Positions 46,825-60,508 of a DNA stretch of 64,000 bases are shown here, piece after piece (the first letter of the stretch is position 1; every line of letters begins with the position of its first letter). The notes beneath the pieces were generated by a model. The model had not been told where the DNA came from. It saw nothing but the letters and a program-made list of their open reading frames with translations, and did no database searches. This DNA comes from Nemertoderma westbladi (Eukaryota; Animalia; Xenacoelomorpha). The stretch lies in assembly GCA_032718475.1 (NCBI GenBank), contig JAUCBJ010006281.1, forward strand, positions 1 through 64,000, read 5' to 3'. The position numbers and the translations under genes were made by a program.

Positions 46825-47677
46825 GTAATAAATTATATTTCGTTCCGAATATATCCTAAGCAGATACACCACAATTAAAGCATAAATTATTTAAATAAAA
46901 TTTAAATGAAAGCATCGCATCTTGGGTTATTGTGACCATTTCAGTTTTGCAAGTAAATAATACTATTTCAAGATGAGCTGCATATGTTAACGGACTGTGG
47001 GCTTACTAGGGAAGCATTACAAACTGTGGGGGGCGGTATTGTTGCAAACACTCTTGTGGAGTTTGGTAAACCATGTTTGGCGGCTGATATTGCTTATAAA
47101 ATTTCTCAAATGAAAAAAGTTATCAAATTAAGAGAACTCAAACTGCAAAACCTGTAAACGTAGGCACTATTTACCGCAATGACTCTGTATTCCCCCCCCC
47201 CCCCCCCACCCCCTGTCTTTCTGAACCTACTAGAATTAGCTCTCACTAATTACTCTAACCAGTCACAACTACGATGTAATTATTACAGGTGATATAAACC
47301 TACTCAAATCTACTGCTATTTACAAATCTTATACCAATTTATTTAACTCTTATGTATTAATCCAATTCATTAATCAACCCACATGAATATTCGATTAATT
47401 TCCGGTTGGGTAGTTCAGATGGTGGGATACTTATACTTATTGAAATACTTATAGTATCTGACCTATGCCGGTAGTTCTGCTGTCTGCTGGTGTCTGCTGT
47501 ACTGCTGCGGTCTAATACTGCTGTACCGTGCTTTTGATTGAATATACTACTGGTTTAACCTGAACTCAATTTGGTACCGCGCTACGCTGTACCTTCAATT
47601 ATTATTGCTACTTCTGTACCTCTACACTGTTCGCATCTCGGTACCTACCGGTATCCGCCGTCACGGAATCGGATACG

Positions 47678-48921
47678 ATGGTGGATGCGGCAACAATGAC
47701 CGATATTATTTCGGGATCAGACGAAGATCCCTTACCTTCCCCATCGTGCAAGCATCTGAGTGACGATGTGCTCGCGTATGTGTGGTCAGCACCCAAGCGT
47801 CGATTACACCGAAACTCGATCATTGCAACTGTCGGGCCATGGCCACGTTTTATGGACAAAGTACTAAAAGATGGGAAGGCTAGTCTGCTGTCCCTTCTTG
47901 AGTCAAGTAGCGCAGCGCCCAACCGTACTATTCGGAAACAGGACTTTGCGAAACTTCGACACGCTGGTGAAAATATGCGTCGTAACGTAATCTCCGATAT
48001 CATCGATATGTTCGATTACAGCGGGTTCAGAGACCTGAGCCCGACACCGGTGTTCGTTCCAGTGGACTTGACCACGATTCCACCCTTCTCCTCGACTGGG
48101 TCGGATATGTTGTTTTTATTGAATATGGTGAGCTCATTACAAGACCGTATTGCAGTGCTGGAGTCGCGAGGCGGTACCGGTACCTGTAGCGCGCCTACCA
48201 AACTACCATCCGAAGTAGTTGCGAACGCAGACCGGCCGCAAATAACTGGTCTGAAGAAACGTAAAAAAGGTAAGAAGAGCAAAGACGACAATACGAATTC
48301 TGATCTGACACTATTCGATGCCATTTCCGATGGTACTGGTCTGGGTTCAGCCGGGAGTCGATACTCCGCACTTGGTAACATGGTCATCGATATTGCCTCG
48401 GATTCAAGTTCAGATGAACGCGAAGGTGAAGGGCCTCAGCAAGTGAGTCTACCGGTAGCTGTTAGCGACGTTAATAGTCCTGTTAATAATGAGACTCCAT
48501 ACACCATAGTGGGGAAGAACGGACGGCCACTCTCCCCAACTCATATGCTGGGGCAATGAAATCAACAAATCGGGGTTCGGGGAAAAAGTATATACCACGT
48601 GTACGTCAATCCAAACCTACGTTCGTTGCGGGAAGGTCTAAGAGTAAGGCCTTTGACACCGTAGAACCACTGGAGAAGCTTTTCCTCACGGGATGTGCTG
48701 TGAGCGTCTCTAAGGAAGTGATAACTAAATATGTATCAGACAGTCTTCAGTTAATAATTCGCTGTTACCCTATTGGTAAATCCGATGCTTCATACAAGTC
48801 ATTCATTATTATGTGTCAGAGATCGCAGTCTAAGCTACTGCTAGATGGTGACCTTTGGCCAGAATTCTGCCGCATTCGCCCTTTTGAGGACTGTAGGAGC
48901 CAGGTTGCCTCCTTCATTTGA
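47678..48921 (+). pseudogene. LINE ORF1 (frameshift near 48556)
   Basis: Short coiled coil SLQDRIAVLE; C-terminal RRM-like LFLTG...SFII...LWP..CRIRPF. Confidence 0.75.
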
Positions 48922-49050
48922 TTGATTCTGATTTGTAAATTGTAAATTAATGTTTAAACAAACCTAATTATGGGAATATTTTTATATAATTTATTTTTAT
49001 TATATTTATTCGTATTGCAGTGCGATTGTATATATAATATAAATCCTAAC

Positions 49051-51872
49051 ATGGCCAATGATATCAATTCAAACATATCTGTTGCATCTTATAACTGCAA
49101 CTCAGTTAGAACGCCACATTCACTAAATACTGTTAAGGATCTCTGTAATCTGTCCATGGATGTAATACTCCTACAAGAGCACTTCTTGCCAGTACAGGAA
49201 CTCAGCTTCCTAAATACCATTGATGAGAGGTATCTAGCAAGGGGTATATCACCCGTAGATTATAGAGAAAACATATTAACTGGCCGCCCATATGGTGGCT
49301 TAGCGATACTATTTAAGAAAAGTATTGCGCACGCGGTAGAATGTATTACGTTTGATGATAACCGGCTTTTAGGTGCTAGAATTAAGTTATGTGATGGTCA
49401 ACAATTATTTTTACTCAATGTCTATCTACCATATCAGTGTAATGACAATGAATCCGAATTCTTAGATTATCTTGGCCGTATTAATGCCACTTTAGATTGT
49501 GAATCAACACCACTGTGTTTTGTATTTGGTGATTTTAACGCCGCAATATCTACAATATTTTATAGCCATCTTTTAGATTGGGCCGCAGATAGTAATTTGC
49601 ATCTGTGTGATACAATGTTTCAACCTCAAGATACTTTCACCTTCGTTAGTACGTCTCATGGCAGCACTTCGTGGCTCGACCATGCTATAAGTACAGGTAG
49701 CCTGCTCCCATATTTACGAGATTTTAATGTGCATTATAACTTGGCAATATCGGACCACTTTCCTGTGTCATGTAAAATAAATTTACAGTACAGTTTACTA
49801 AGTAGTACGGATGATATTAACATTGGTGCTACTGAACAAAAATGTGCCCGACTTATGCTTACGGTATTAATCTCAATGTATTGCTGTCGCAAATAGATAC
49901 CAATTGCATAGGTGCTAATAACGGTGAGTCTATTTTATGTACAGAGCATAAGTCATGCATAGATTATTATTATAAATGTATAGTTGACTGCTTGTTAAGG
50001 GCAGCTGAATCGTCTATTCCTTCGAAAAAATCAGCCAATAGTGGAGCAAATAGAAATGTTCCCGGTTGGAACGATTTCCTGCGAGATAAATATAATTTAT
50101 CCCGCCGTTTCTTTCTAATTTGGAAAAGTAATGGCTATCCGAGAAATGGGCTCATATATGAGGAATACACGAAATCGAGATTGAACTTCAAGTGCTACAT
50201 GCGCGAGTGCAAACGTAACGCAAACCAGATCCGCAGCGACAAGTTAGCTGAGTCAATTTACTCGAACAACCAGAACGAATTTTGGAATAATGTCCGTAAA
50301 CAGACGGGTGTCTCTACACCACTGTCTAATAAAGTGGGCAGTGCGGTAGGTGAAAAAGAGGTTTGCGATATGTTTAAAAATAAATTTGAAACTTTATACA
50401 ATGCGAACCAACCTGAGCCCCATAAAGCTGAGGTTGATCGTAAACTTGAAGGTATTAAATTTTGAGAATCAATGATTGTAACTCCGATAGAGGTAGTGTT
50501 TGCAATTGATAAGCTTGTTACAGGTAAAGCTGCCGGCCCGGATGGCATTTCTTGTGAATTTTTTATAAATGGTACTAAATCTCTATATGTTCACTTAGCA
50601 AATGTATTCACATGTTTTAATGTTCATGGTTATATACCCGATGATTTTATGCGTTGTAACCTAATTCCTTTACTTAAAGACAAGAATGACGATATTACAT
50701 CGCCCGACAATTATCGTGGCATAGCCATTGCCACAATTATGAGTAAGATATTTGAACATGTATATATTGATCGTTTTTGTGCTAAGTTACAGACTTCGAA
50801 TTCGCAATTTGGCTTTAAGCAAAATCACGGCACCAAACTCTGTATCTTCACTTTGAAAGAAATTATTCAGCATTATCTTGAAAATGATTCAGCAGTTTAC
50901 GTGTGCTTTATTGACTCATCAAAAGCTTTTGATTTAGTAAATCATTATACACTTTTTAAAAAACTTATAGATAGGGGCATACCGTTGTTTTATATTCGGG
51001 CGATTAAATTTTGGTACAAATTTCAACAATTAGGTGTACTTTGGGGTGGTTTTATTTCTAACTATTTTCATGTTTCTAACGGGACCAAACAAAGTGGTAT
51101 TTTATCTCCGTATTTATATAGCGTATATCTTGATGACCTGAGTAGGGAATTAAATAACAGTAATGTAGGTTGTATGATGTCTGGTGTCCGCTCTAATCAT
51201 ATGATGTATGCCGATGATTTGTCTATGTTTTCAAATTCGATTACTGGACTGCAAAAACTGCTACATATTTTTGAAAAATATGCACTTCTACATTCGATTA
51301 CGGTTAATCTTAAAAAATCCAAATGCATGTATTATTTCCCTAAATCGTGTAAAAACTCTAATGTAGGACAAGTATCTTTAAATAGTAATAAGTTAACAAT
51401 AGTGCACGAGATTAAATATTTAGGTCATATACTTTGCGATAATACAGACGATAATTCGGATATTCATAATCAATTAAGATCATTTTATAAACGTGCTAAT
51501 ACCATTATTAGAAAATTTGCAAATTGTACTACAGCTGTAAAAGTTAAATTATTTCGATGTTTTTGTACTTAATTTTATTGTAACGCTTTGTGGTCTAGAT
51601 TAAATTACTCTGCTTCTGTGCATAATAAATTAAGAGTAGCATATAATACAGCGGCCAGGCGCTTTTTCGGGTACCCTTATGGCTCCAGTGTTTCTTTTAT
51701 GTTCGGTGTATTAAATATTCCTAAATTTATTCATATACGTGCTGCAGCAATTAATTCTCTATTTTTACGTGCAACAAATTCGTGTAATACAATGGTAATT
51801 GCAACGTTTCATGAGGTATACAAAACGAGTAGAATATTTTTAATGCGGGACCTATCTTATATTGATGACTAA
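49051..51872 (+). pseudogene. LINE ORF2 (APE plus RT), with a frameshift and two in-frame stops
   Basis: SYNCN, LQEH, GRPYGG, NVYLP, GDFN, WLDH, SDHFP; NYRGIAI, QFGFK, FIDSSKAFD, YADD, KYLG. Confidence 0.92.
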
Positions 51873-52370
51873 AATTAATTATATTTAGTTAGGCTAGATA
51901 TCCTTGATTGTGCTAATAATATTTTATATATATATTTGTTTGTTTGTTTGTTTTTATGGGCAATCGTGCCTGAAATAAAGAATTATTATTATTATTAGTT
52001 CACTGTGAAATATTCATGTGGGTTGATTAATGAATTGGATGTATAGTATACATTCCGAAACTCTTATTGAGCACATTCTAACTAATATCACCACCACCTG
52101 TACTATTACTGTGTAAGGGTGTAATCCCGCAGTATAAGTATAACAAGGTAATGATGACTGACTCAGTTATATGCAACATGTATTCATCGGTATTTCAGTA
52201 TTCATAATACTGCATAAGTATGCATACTGCAATCTTGCATATTACAGTTACCGTGTATATATGTACTAATATATATCACTACAGTATGGTCTATACTGCT
52301 GCTGCTGCAAATAAAGGCCGCAACTCAATTTTTTCCAATTTTGAGTTAGGGTGCGTAATGGCCGCAGATT

Positions 52371-55300
52371 AGCATTGCCAGTCCCTTTGGGTAAGGTAGA
52401 GAGCCATATCTTGTAATAATTCACAGTAAAACTGGATACTGCCTTTTACCTTATATGTCATCATAGAATAATTTAGTTAGATAGTAAGGTAAACAGCAGT
52501 AACTTTTATAGTTTACTGAATACAGTAGTATGGTTAAGATTTTCAGCGGGAAATTCAACCCATACCATCTAAGAGCCATACAAGAGCTGTACAACTAGAT
52601 GACTACAATGTAAACCTAGGCCTGTAACTGTACTTTTAACTTTTTATCAATCTGCATTGCAAATAGACAAACAGCCAGATTTCAGCATTTGATTCATTGT
52701 CAATTTGGTTCTACTGGTTGTATTTACCAGAACTGACTAAAAACTGATTGTTAGTAAAAATTTCTTTGTTCATGATGGCCACCGGTACTTCTCGATCTAC
52801 CAATAGTGATGAGGATTATAATCCCAACTGGAGTGATCAGTCTAGTGATGAGTCCTTGAGTGATGAGTGCGATGGAAGATATGCTAGTTTGGAAGAGTTG
52901 GAAATGCTGGCCGGCATCCACAGACGTCCAAAAAAACGACCTAAAAAGGGTATCCAATTAAAGACTCCTGATAGGCCTAATCAGGGCATTGAGACTGATA
53001 TCGACCGAACAGGCACAATTAGTAACCAACCACCGGTTGATGAGAATGTTAACAATCAAACATGTGAGAGTGGGACAAGCGGTGACATTGGCAAGGAACC
53101 AGGTCAGATTGTAAATGATCAATCAGGTGAGATTGCCGATGACCGAGAGGCGGCTGAGGTGGAAGCCGCCAATTTTGTTACCGAGAATAGAAAGCGTGCT
53201 CCAAAGGGACAGCCGAAAAAAAAAACGAGCAAATACAATCGAAGAACGGCAAGTTCGTGATCGCAGTAAGCATGCAGTCTTGCCTCCATGTTCGACATCG
53301 TGTTACCAAAAGTGTCGTACAAAAATTACTGAAGTTGATCGAGTACAAATTAATAAAGATTACTGGCTCTTGGGTGTAATAGAGCGACGTCTTTGGATAA
53401 GAACAAGTGTTCTTTCCAAAGCCAAAAAGCAGCCTGGATCAAGTGATTCAAGACGATCCCAAACGCTGGAATACCGCTTCAAAAGTTTAACTGTCTGCAG
53501 GAAATTTTTTTTGACAACACTGGGCTATAAGCCTAATAATGATAAGCCAATTACTTCAGCTCTACAGACACTGAATTCAGACGGAGATGTTGTTAGAAGG
53601 AATCCTGGCTTATCAACCAGTTTGCTTCCAGCACCGGATCGACGTGGTCGCCACAGTCCACCAAACAAGTTGGACACTGAGAAGATTGTTCAACACATTG
53701 AAACGTACCACCCTTGTGCTCCTCATTATAGGCGAGAACATGCTCCGAACAGACGATATCTGCCGGAAGACTGTACAATGGAAATTATGCATTCAGATTT
53801 TGAGGAAAAACATTTTAAATGCAGCATTGAGATTTACCGCCGAACAATCCGTGAACAGAATATCCGGCGCACTAAACTGGGCAGCGAAGAATGTGAAACA
53901 TGTGAAGAATATGATCAACACAAAAAAGGAAAGAATTGTCAGGGAAATAAAGCTACTGATATAGAAAAGAATGAGATTCGAGTTGGTCAAACAAGCGAGA
54001 ATGAAAATAGGGAGGCAACTGCAGAAAATGCAGTTGAATGCAGCGAGTGTGTTGCCAACCTGATACATGTTATGAAATACAAGGAGGCAAGGGCGGCATA
54101 TAAGGATGATGGGGAGAAAAATATAAATGCCACTGCCGTTGATATGGAAAAGGTGATTATGTTACCTAGGATGGAGGGATTTAAAATTTGCCTATTCACA
54201 CGTCGACTTGTAGTGTTTCACGAAACTTTTGCTCCCTTACGTGGGAAAGGGACGCCATTTTCGGTCATCTGGCATGAGGGTGTTACTGGTCGAGATGCCA
54301 GTGATGTTGCCAATGCATTCTGGTTGTATTTTCTCGAAAAGCGCGACATGACAGATATTCTGCTGTGGCTAGATAACTGTGGTTACCAAAACAAGAACTG
54401 GACACTTATTAGTTTGCTGATTCGTGCTGTAAATGGCCCAGAGATCAGTGCTGAAACAATCACACTGAAATACCTCGAAGCTGGACACACACAGAACGCT
54501 TGTGACTCAGTACATGCCACTATTGAGAGAAAGTTACGAGCAAAGGGGAAAGTCTATGATTTTACTGATATGGCGGAATGCATTGGCAGTGCAGGTTGTC
54601 AAGTTAAAGAAATGACATCCCCAAGTCAGGTAGTGCAGTGGCCAAACAATGTAAGCCAGTATTATCTGGGCAAATCCACGTGTCGACCTTATTTTGCAAA
54701 CATGGTATTGCTTCAGGTGCGACGAGGATCAGATTTGCTCTTCTGGAAGGAGCGTCACACAGAAAACGAATACAAAAGCCATCGAGTACTGAAAAGTACA
54801 ATTTGTCCAGAATTTAAGACCAGAGTCACTTCCTAGCTGTTTGAGCAAAGTTCGGGGAATTCCTGCCGATAAGAAGCAGGATATCATAACCAACCTATGC
54901 CCACTAATGCCTGTAAACAGAAGAACGTTTTGGGAAAATTTCCCCACAGGATCACAGGATTACAGAAAACTACATGAACTGTGTCGAAAATAATCACACC
55001 TATCTAGGTACTTATAAACTTAAAACTATTCGGAGATTATCTTTTCTGTTACAGCGTAGACTGGTTTCTGCTCTGCTCTAGTTATATATAGCGCCACTTT
55101 TGTAGTACCAGCACTTAAATAGTGGATTACATTATTAAAAATCGATCAAAAAAATAATTACTGTTTTCTACCTTACCACAATTGTTATTATATTGATATT
55201 CCATCTAAGGTAAAAGGCAGTATCTCATTTTTCACTTGACTGAGTGATTCATCATTAAAAAGAAATTTACTAGAAATTTACTCCCACTTTGTGCTCACAA

Positions 55301-55421
55301 CCCATAAAAAATTCTAATTTGAAAGTTATGTGTTTTAATTCAAGAGGTGTGAAAACTTAAATGCGATTTACTCAAAACTGTCCAAATTGAGATACGGCTT
55401 TTTACCTTAGAAGGGCAGTGC
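52371..55421 (+). mobile_element. Sola1-like DNA transposon with multi-site inverted termini
   Basis: TAAGGTAAA(A)GGCAGTATC-type motif three times per end; 52435-52457 vs 55202-55224 match 22/23 as inverted repeats; exact outer boundaries and TSD unresolved. Confidence 0.75.
52772..54993 (+). pseudogene. Sola1-like transposase with two frameshifts (A-run near 53220; near 54825)
   Basis: VCRKFFLTTLG, HYRREHAPNRRYLP, AVDMEKVIMLP, WHEGVTGR, WLDNCGYQNKN, GHTQNACDSVHATIE; C-terminus RGIPADKKQDI...FW continues in another frame. Confidence 0.8.
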
Positions 55422-55947
55422 AGTCCTTATTAACATAACTATCTAATCTCAACCCCAACATCACCCCCTCAGAAACAAATTTGTAATTCCCTGTAATAAT
55501 ATCAAAGTCTTAAAGTTCTCTAAGTAAGAGTTCGTTGCAGTGGCAAAAGTATTTTGACTAAATATACAAAGTTTATTTCATGACGTACTGCTTTCCACTT
55601 CGTAGATTATTTCACGACGTACTGCTTGCCACTTCGTAAAGTTTTAGCCTGTCCTTGGGCAATGTCACGTCTCTTGATCTCTATTGCCTCTGGTAATGGT
55701 GTTAGTCTCCTTTCTGCGTCCTGTCTATTATGGTCAACTGTATGATCCGTTTCCCTTTGGGTTATACCATTAGTTGAGGTAGGTGTGGTTGTGGTGTCAG
55801 CCTTTGCTTTAGATTGAATGACCTTCGGCGGGTGATGAACCACATCACTCGATTTATTGGGTGCACTATCTTCTGTTATACCCAACTCAATGTTGTGCTC
55901 ATGCCACGGATTCTCCCTTGAACGAATCTGGTTGACATTTCTTTTAA

Positions 55948-56919
55948 TGGTGTTCGGACACTTCCCCCCCCCCCCCCCCCCCCCGCTCAAGTAGGACACT
56001 TCCCCCCCAGATACTTCCCCCCCAGGCACTTCCCCCCCGGACACCCCCCCCCCCCCACCCCCACCCCCCGGCAGTTCTTAACTTCACACATTTGTATTTT
56101 TCATTTTGTAAGGTAAACGGACCGCCCTTATCCAGATAAGTTGTATCCAATTTTCCTTTCTTAGCTCAGAAAGTGACCTTTTGCATCCCGATTTTACATT
56201 TTATATCCAAGTTTTATTTATGGGTTTTATCAATGCAATTACATCGTATTGTTTGCTAATCTTTAAACATTAATTAGATGACCTATAAATTCCATCCCCC
56301 GAATGATATACTGTTTTTATTAACATAGAATTATAATAATTATTTGTTTTAATTATAGGTATTATTATGTAATAGTCTTCTTCAAATTGTAGCAGATGGG
56401 GATGAATATTATTGTTGCAATCAAAATTTTATACCTCTCCAGGGTAAAATCGACATGCGTCGACCTGTATTCTGTGTTCAGCATTACATATTGATATACA
56501 TAATACTATATACATATTATACACACTACATATTAAATTTCCTGGTTACTTGCAATATTTTTAATAGGATTTTATTGAATTATATAATATTGTAGCAATT
56601 TATATATTAATTTGGTTAACATTCAATACAGCTCCTACTTGAGGCTTAGTCAATTTATTATCTGATGATACAAACATGAATTAATTATTTCAAAATAGTC
56701 TTCCTTCCACCACGGGCACTCAGGGAAATGCCGGGGTCTGGTGGCGATAACCTAAGAAAAACAAACAAAATTTGACTATAAAAATGTTTCTTTTATAATT
56801 TTGAAAAAACTTGTCCAGATACAACTTGTCCTGTAACCATCTTTAACTTTTGTTTATTGCTTTGATGCACCCAGATTAATTTTAAAACTTTAACTGGGGG
56901 GGGGAGTGTCCTAGATCCA
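55948..56919. mobile_element. MITE inserted in the Gypsy integrase C-terminus
   Basis: TIRs TGGTGTTCGGACACTTCCCC / GGGGAGTGTCCTAGATCCA; flanking duplication TTTTAA; Gypsy sequence resumes on both sides. Confidence 0.8.
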
Positions 56920-59898
56920 TTTTAACCTACTATCATCTACTTTCATGGAATATACTCTTGATCCTGAGGCTTTAACTATTCGTCCAGGAAGCCATTTCAC
57001 TACAACTTCTCCACGTCCCGGTCTGCTGTAGTTCTTTATCCATACAGTGTCATCAATGCTGAATTTTGTTTTGATTTCCCCAGTTTCCTTTAATTTAACT
57101 GGATATTGTAATAAGCATTCCAGTCGAGTTTTCACTGTATGTGTGAAAATACTCTCGTTTGGTGTTTGGAGTATATAATGTGTTCCAATCTTGCATGAGA
57201 TACATGCTGAGACGATCTTTCATCGTGTACTTATCAGGGCTCTTTCCTTGTTTCTTCAGGGACTTCTTGAATGCTTGCCTTTCTGCCGCACCGTTCGACG
57301 TAGGTGAGTGAAATGCTGTAGTCCAATGGGTCACCCCATTGTCAGTGTAAAACGTCTCAATTTCTTCAGAAATTAATTGTGGACTATTATCAGAAACTAT
57401 AATCATCGGTACACCTATGAAAGAAAATATGTTTCGCAATTCAGAGATAATGGTATGTGATGTAGAATTCCTGATGATACGCACATCTTTCCATCCTGAA
57501 AATGTATCAATTACTCCTAAAAAGGAATCCCCTTCGAGTTCTGCCGAATCCCCTTCGAGTTCTGCCAAGTCGAGATGTAATCGATCTAAAGGTGCTCTAG
57601 ATGGTGGTAATGGTTTATATGTTTGCGGAGGCAAATTGGCAAATTGCTGACATGGTGTACACTCTATAACAAACAATCGGATATCTTCCTTAATGCCAGG
57701 CCACCAACAAATTTTCGATGCTTTATCGATCATTCTACGCTCTCCTGTATGAGATAAATGTAATTCCTGTAATATCTTTGGTCGTAATATTTCTGGAACA
57801 ACAACCTGATTTCCTCTCATTATTACTCCATCCTTCAAGGTCAGTTCGTATTCTACTGATTTGTACTGCTTTAATGTTTCCGTTTGTGCTTTCTCGCCAA
57901 ACTCCAATGTCCATTTCAATAATTTCATAGCACAATCCTTGGCAATTTATTGGAAAATCGTCTAAACTTTGTTGCTGTATCACATCGAGGGTTCGTATTT
58001 CGATATCGGTATCTTTAAACGTGATTTAATCAGATGCTAGTGTCAAACGTGATAGTGCATCCGATATATTATCCTCTGAAAGAACTGTATTAACGGTATA
58101 ATTGTACTGTGCTAATTCGACTGCCCAATGTTGCAATCTGGAAACTGTTGTAGCTGGTAGCCCATTTGTAGGATATAAAATGCGTTTAAGCGGTCTATTG
58201 TCTGTAACCAGTGTAAATTTCCACCCAATCAAATAATGTTGATACTTGCGAACCCCATATATAATTCCAAGCGCCTCTCTATCATGTTGCGAATACACTC
58301 TTTGATGTTTTCTAAGTTAGTTGAACTAAATGCAATCGGAATGAAATGATTATTTTCATCCCATTGTCCAAGAGTTGCAGACACTGATGATTCCGATGCA
58401 TCTGTAATGAGCTCTGTAGACAGCTCAGGGTTCAAATGTGAAAGGAGTGTAGCCTGAGACAGTGTTTCTTTTAGTTTCGTACATGCTACATCTGCTTCTG
58501 CATTCCACTGAAATGAAGTATCTTTTTGTATTAAATTGTAAAGTGGTTTGGATAGTTCTGCATAATTGAGTATATGACGCCTCAAATAATTCATAAACCC
58601 AAGTGCACTTTGTAACTGTTTCTTTGTAGATGGAACCTTCATCTCCTGTACAGCTTTGATTTTCTGCGGTTCAGGAAGAAAACCCTTGTCTGTAATGACA
58701 TGTCCACAAAACTCAATCTTCGATTGACCAAAACAACATTTCTTTAACCCAACTGTAAGTCCAGCCACCTGTAATGCTTGAAAAGCCTTTTTTATTTGCT
58801 CCAAATGTTCACTGACATTCTTCGATCCAATTATGAATTCATCCATGTAGGATACTGTAGTTTATTTATGCAGAACTGTATGTGCAACTTTTAAACACCT
58901 GGCTGCAGCTGGTGTAATGCCATAAGGCATTCGTACTGGTTTTGAGCCATATCTAGTTTAGTAAATATCGTACAACGTTGCAGTTTCTCTGACATTTCTT
59001 CTTGTGTCATAAGTGGAAATTGGTCCTCAATTAGATATTGATTGACTGTACTCTTGTAATCCCCACATATGCGAATACTTCCATCTGTCTTGCGAATTAG
59101 AACCAGAGGAGAAGCCCACTCTATATTTTCACCTGGCTCTGGATATATAAGACGCCCTTCGTCGATGTCTAACTGCAATTTATCAATGACTTGTTCATTG
59201 TAAGCATGAGGAACTGTTATAGAATGCAAAAATTTCGATGTTGTATTTGTATTTTTCAATCGTATCGACACTGGTTCACTCGTGTAACATCCTATGCCTG
59301 TTATAACATCATTGTATTCTTCTAGTAACTTGTTTAGTTTATCCTTAAACTGATCCTTATTCACTGATGTATTTCTCATTGTAATTGTAGTTTGTAGTAA
59401 ACTATCTATGCTTCCTCCTGTAATCTGTACTCTCTTTAACCAATATAAACCAAATAATCGTGTTTCCTCACATTCTGTTCCTACAATAAGTGGCATTCCA
59501 ATCAATGTTGGTATGTTGGAACCTGTAATTGTAACATCAACATACATTACACCTTTAATTTCTGTAATTGTAGTTTGTAGTAAACTATCTATGCTTCCTC
59601 CCGTAATCTGTACTCTCTTTAACCAATATAAACCAAATAATCGTGTTTCCTCACATTCTGTTCCTACAATGAGTGGCATTCCAATCAATGGTGGTATGTT
59701 GGAACCTGTAATTGTAACATCAACATACATTACACCTTTAATTTCTGATGTCGCTTTGCAAAATCCCCTCAGTTTTGCTGGACAATCATGTAATTTTATT
59801 TTACTGAATTTTTCTTTATACGTATTGTATGAAATGATACTATGTTTAGCTCCAGGGTCGAATTCCATAGCTAGTTTAATATCATTGAGTATAACCTC

Positions 59899-60215
59899 AA
59901 TGATTGGGTGGGTGTTGAGTGTCGGGTGACATTGGGTGTCACAGTCTCCGATTTCCGATTGGATACGGCGCCTGAACTGCTTACACGATAGTGTTTGGTG
60001 GCGCAGGTTCGAATCCGACTAAAGGTTGTATAAATTTCGCACTGTTGTGTCCCTAGGCAAGACACTTTAGACATTAGTGCCTATGCCAACCCAGCGGTAT
60101 AATGGGAACCTGGCTTTGCTGGGGTAATGTTAATAAAAGCAGGCGCTTTGATAAGGTCGTAAGACCCTAAAGGCGTCTGCTATAACAAATATAAGTGCAA
60201 TTATTATTATTTATT
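59899..60215 (+). mobile_element. tRNA-derived SINE with CORE-like domain and (ATT)n tail
   Basis: B-box GGTTCGAATCC near 60006; TGTGTCCCTAGGCAAGACACTTT...TATAATGGG; TSD TAACCTC 59892-59898 / 60216-60222. Confidence 0.85.
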
Positions 60216-60267
60216 TAACCTCTAATGTTATTGCTTCAACCTTTGGTAATTTTACAGTGTTGACAGC

Positions 60268-60508
60268 TGTAGGATTATGGTGGGGGATTACTGGCTAGTA
60301 CTGCACGACTGGGGTCGGTGTGCTTATCTGTATGTGACCGGAGGAGGGTCGATGTCTGACTGGTGGAGGGAACCAAAGTACCGGTACGGTACTATGGTGG
60401 TATAGTAAGTACTAGGCCTATGGCATACTTATTTCATATTTATATTATATTGGCGAACCTGATGTATTGATATTTCAACCCAATGTCTATCATATATGGC
60501 GCTGCGAG
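60268..60508 (+). mobile_element. 5' LTR (60268-60496) and primer-binding site (60497-60508) of a second Gypsy element
   Basis: Starts TGTAGGAT exactly where the minus-strand Gypsy breaks; TGGCGCTGCGAG resembles the complement of a tRNA-Ser 3' end; 3' LTR is outside the window. Confidence 0.7.

Larger units (their letters stand above)
47418..51995 (+). mobile_element. Near full-length two-ORF LINE, RTEX-like
   Basis: TSD TAGTTCA (47411-47417 / 51996-52002); 5' UTR, ORF1, ORF2, AATAAA plus (ATT)n tail. Clade assignment is from recalled motifs only. Confidence 0.9.
55574..60267 (-). mobile_element. Degenerate Ty3/Gypsy pol (PR-RT-RH-IN), interrupted by three insertions
   Basis: MEFDPGA, WASPLV..IRICGDYK, YMDE, TDAS, EALGI, TDNRPL, LHLSHTG..WWP..CTPCQ, VSDN, SNGAAER, WLPG; frameshifts; no LTR visible. 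Confidence 0.92.

Noticed and set aside
47608-48387. Antisense ORFs over LINE ORF1 (also those over the RTE, Sola and Gypsy ORFs)
   Set aside because: Shadow frames of genuine TE coding sequence with no independent motifs.
55607-56150. Gly-rich ORFs MSGGEVPGGEV...
   Set aside because: Chimera of C-rich MITE terminal repeats and the Gypsy integrase tail.
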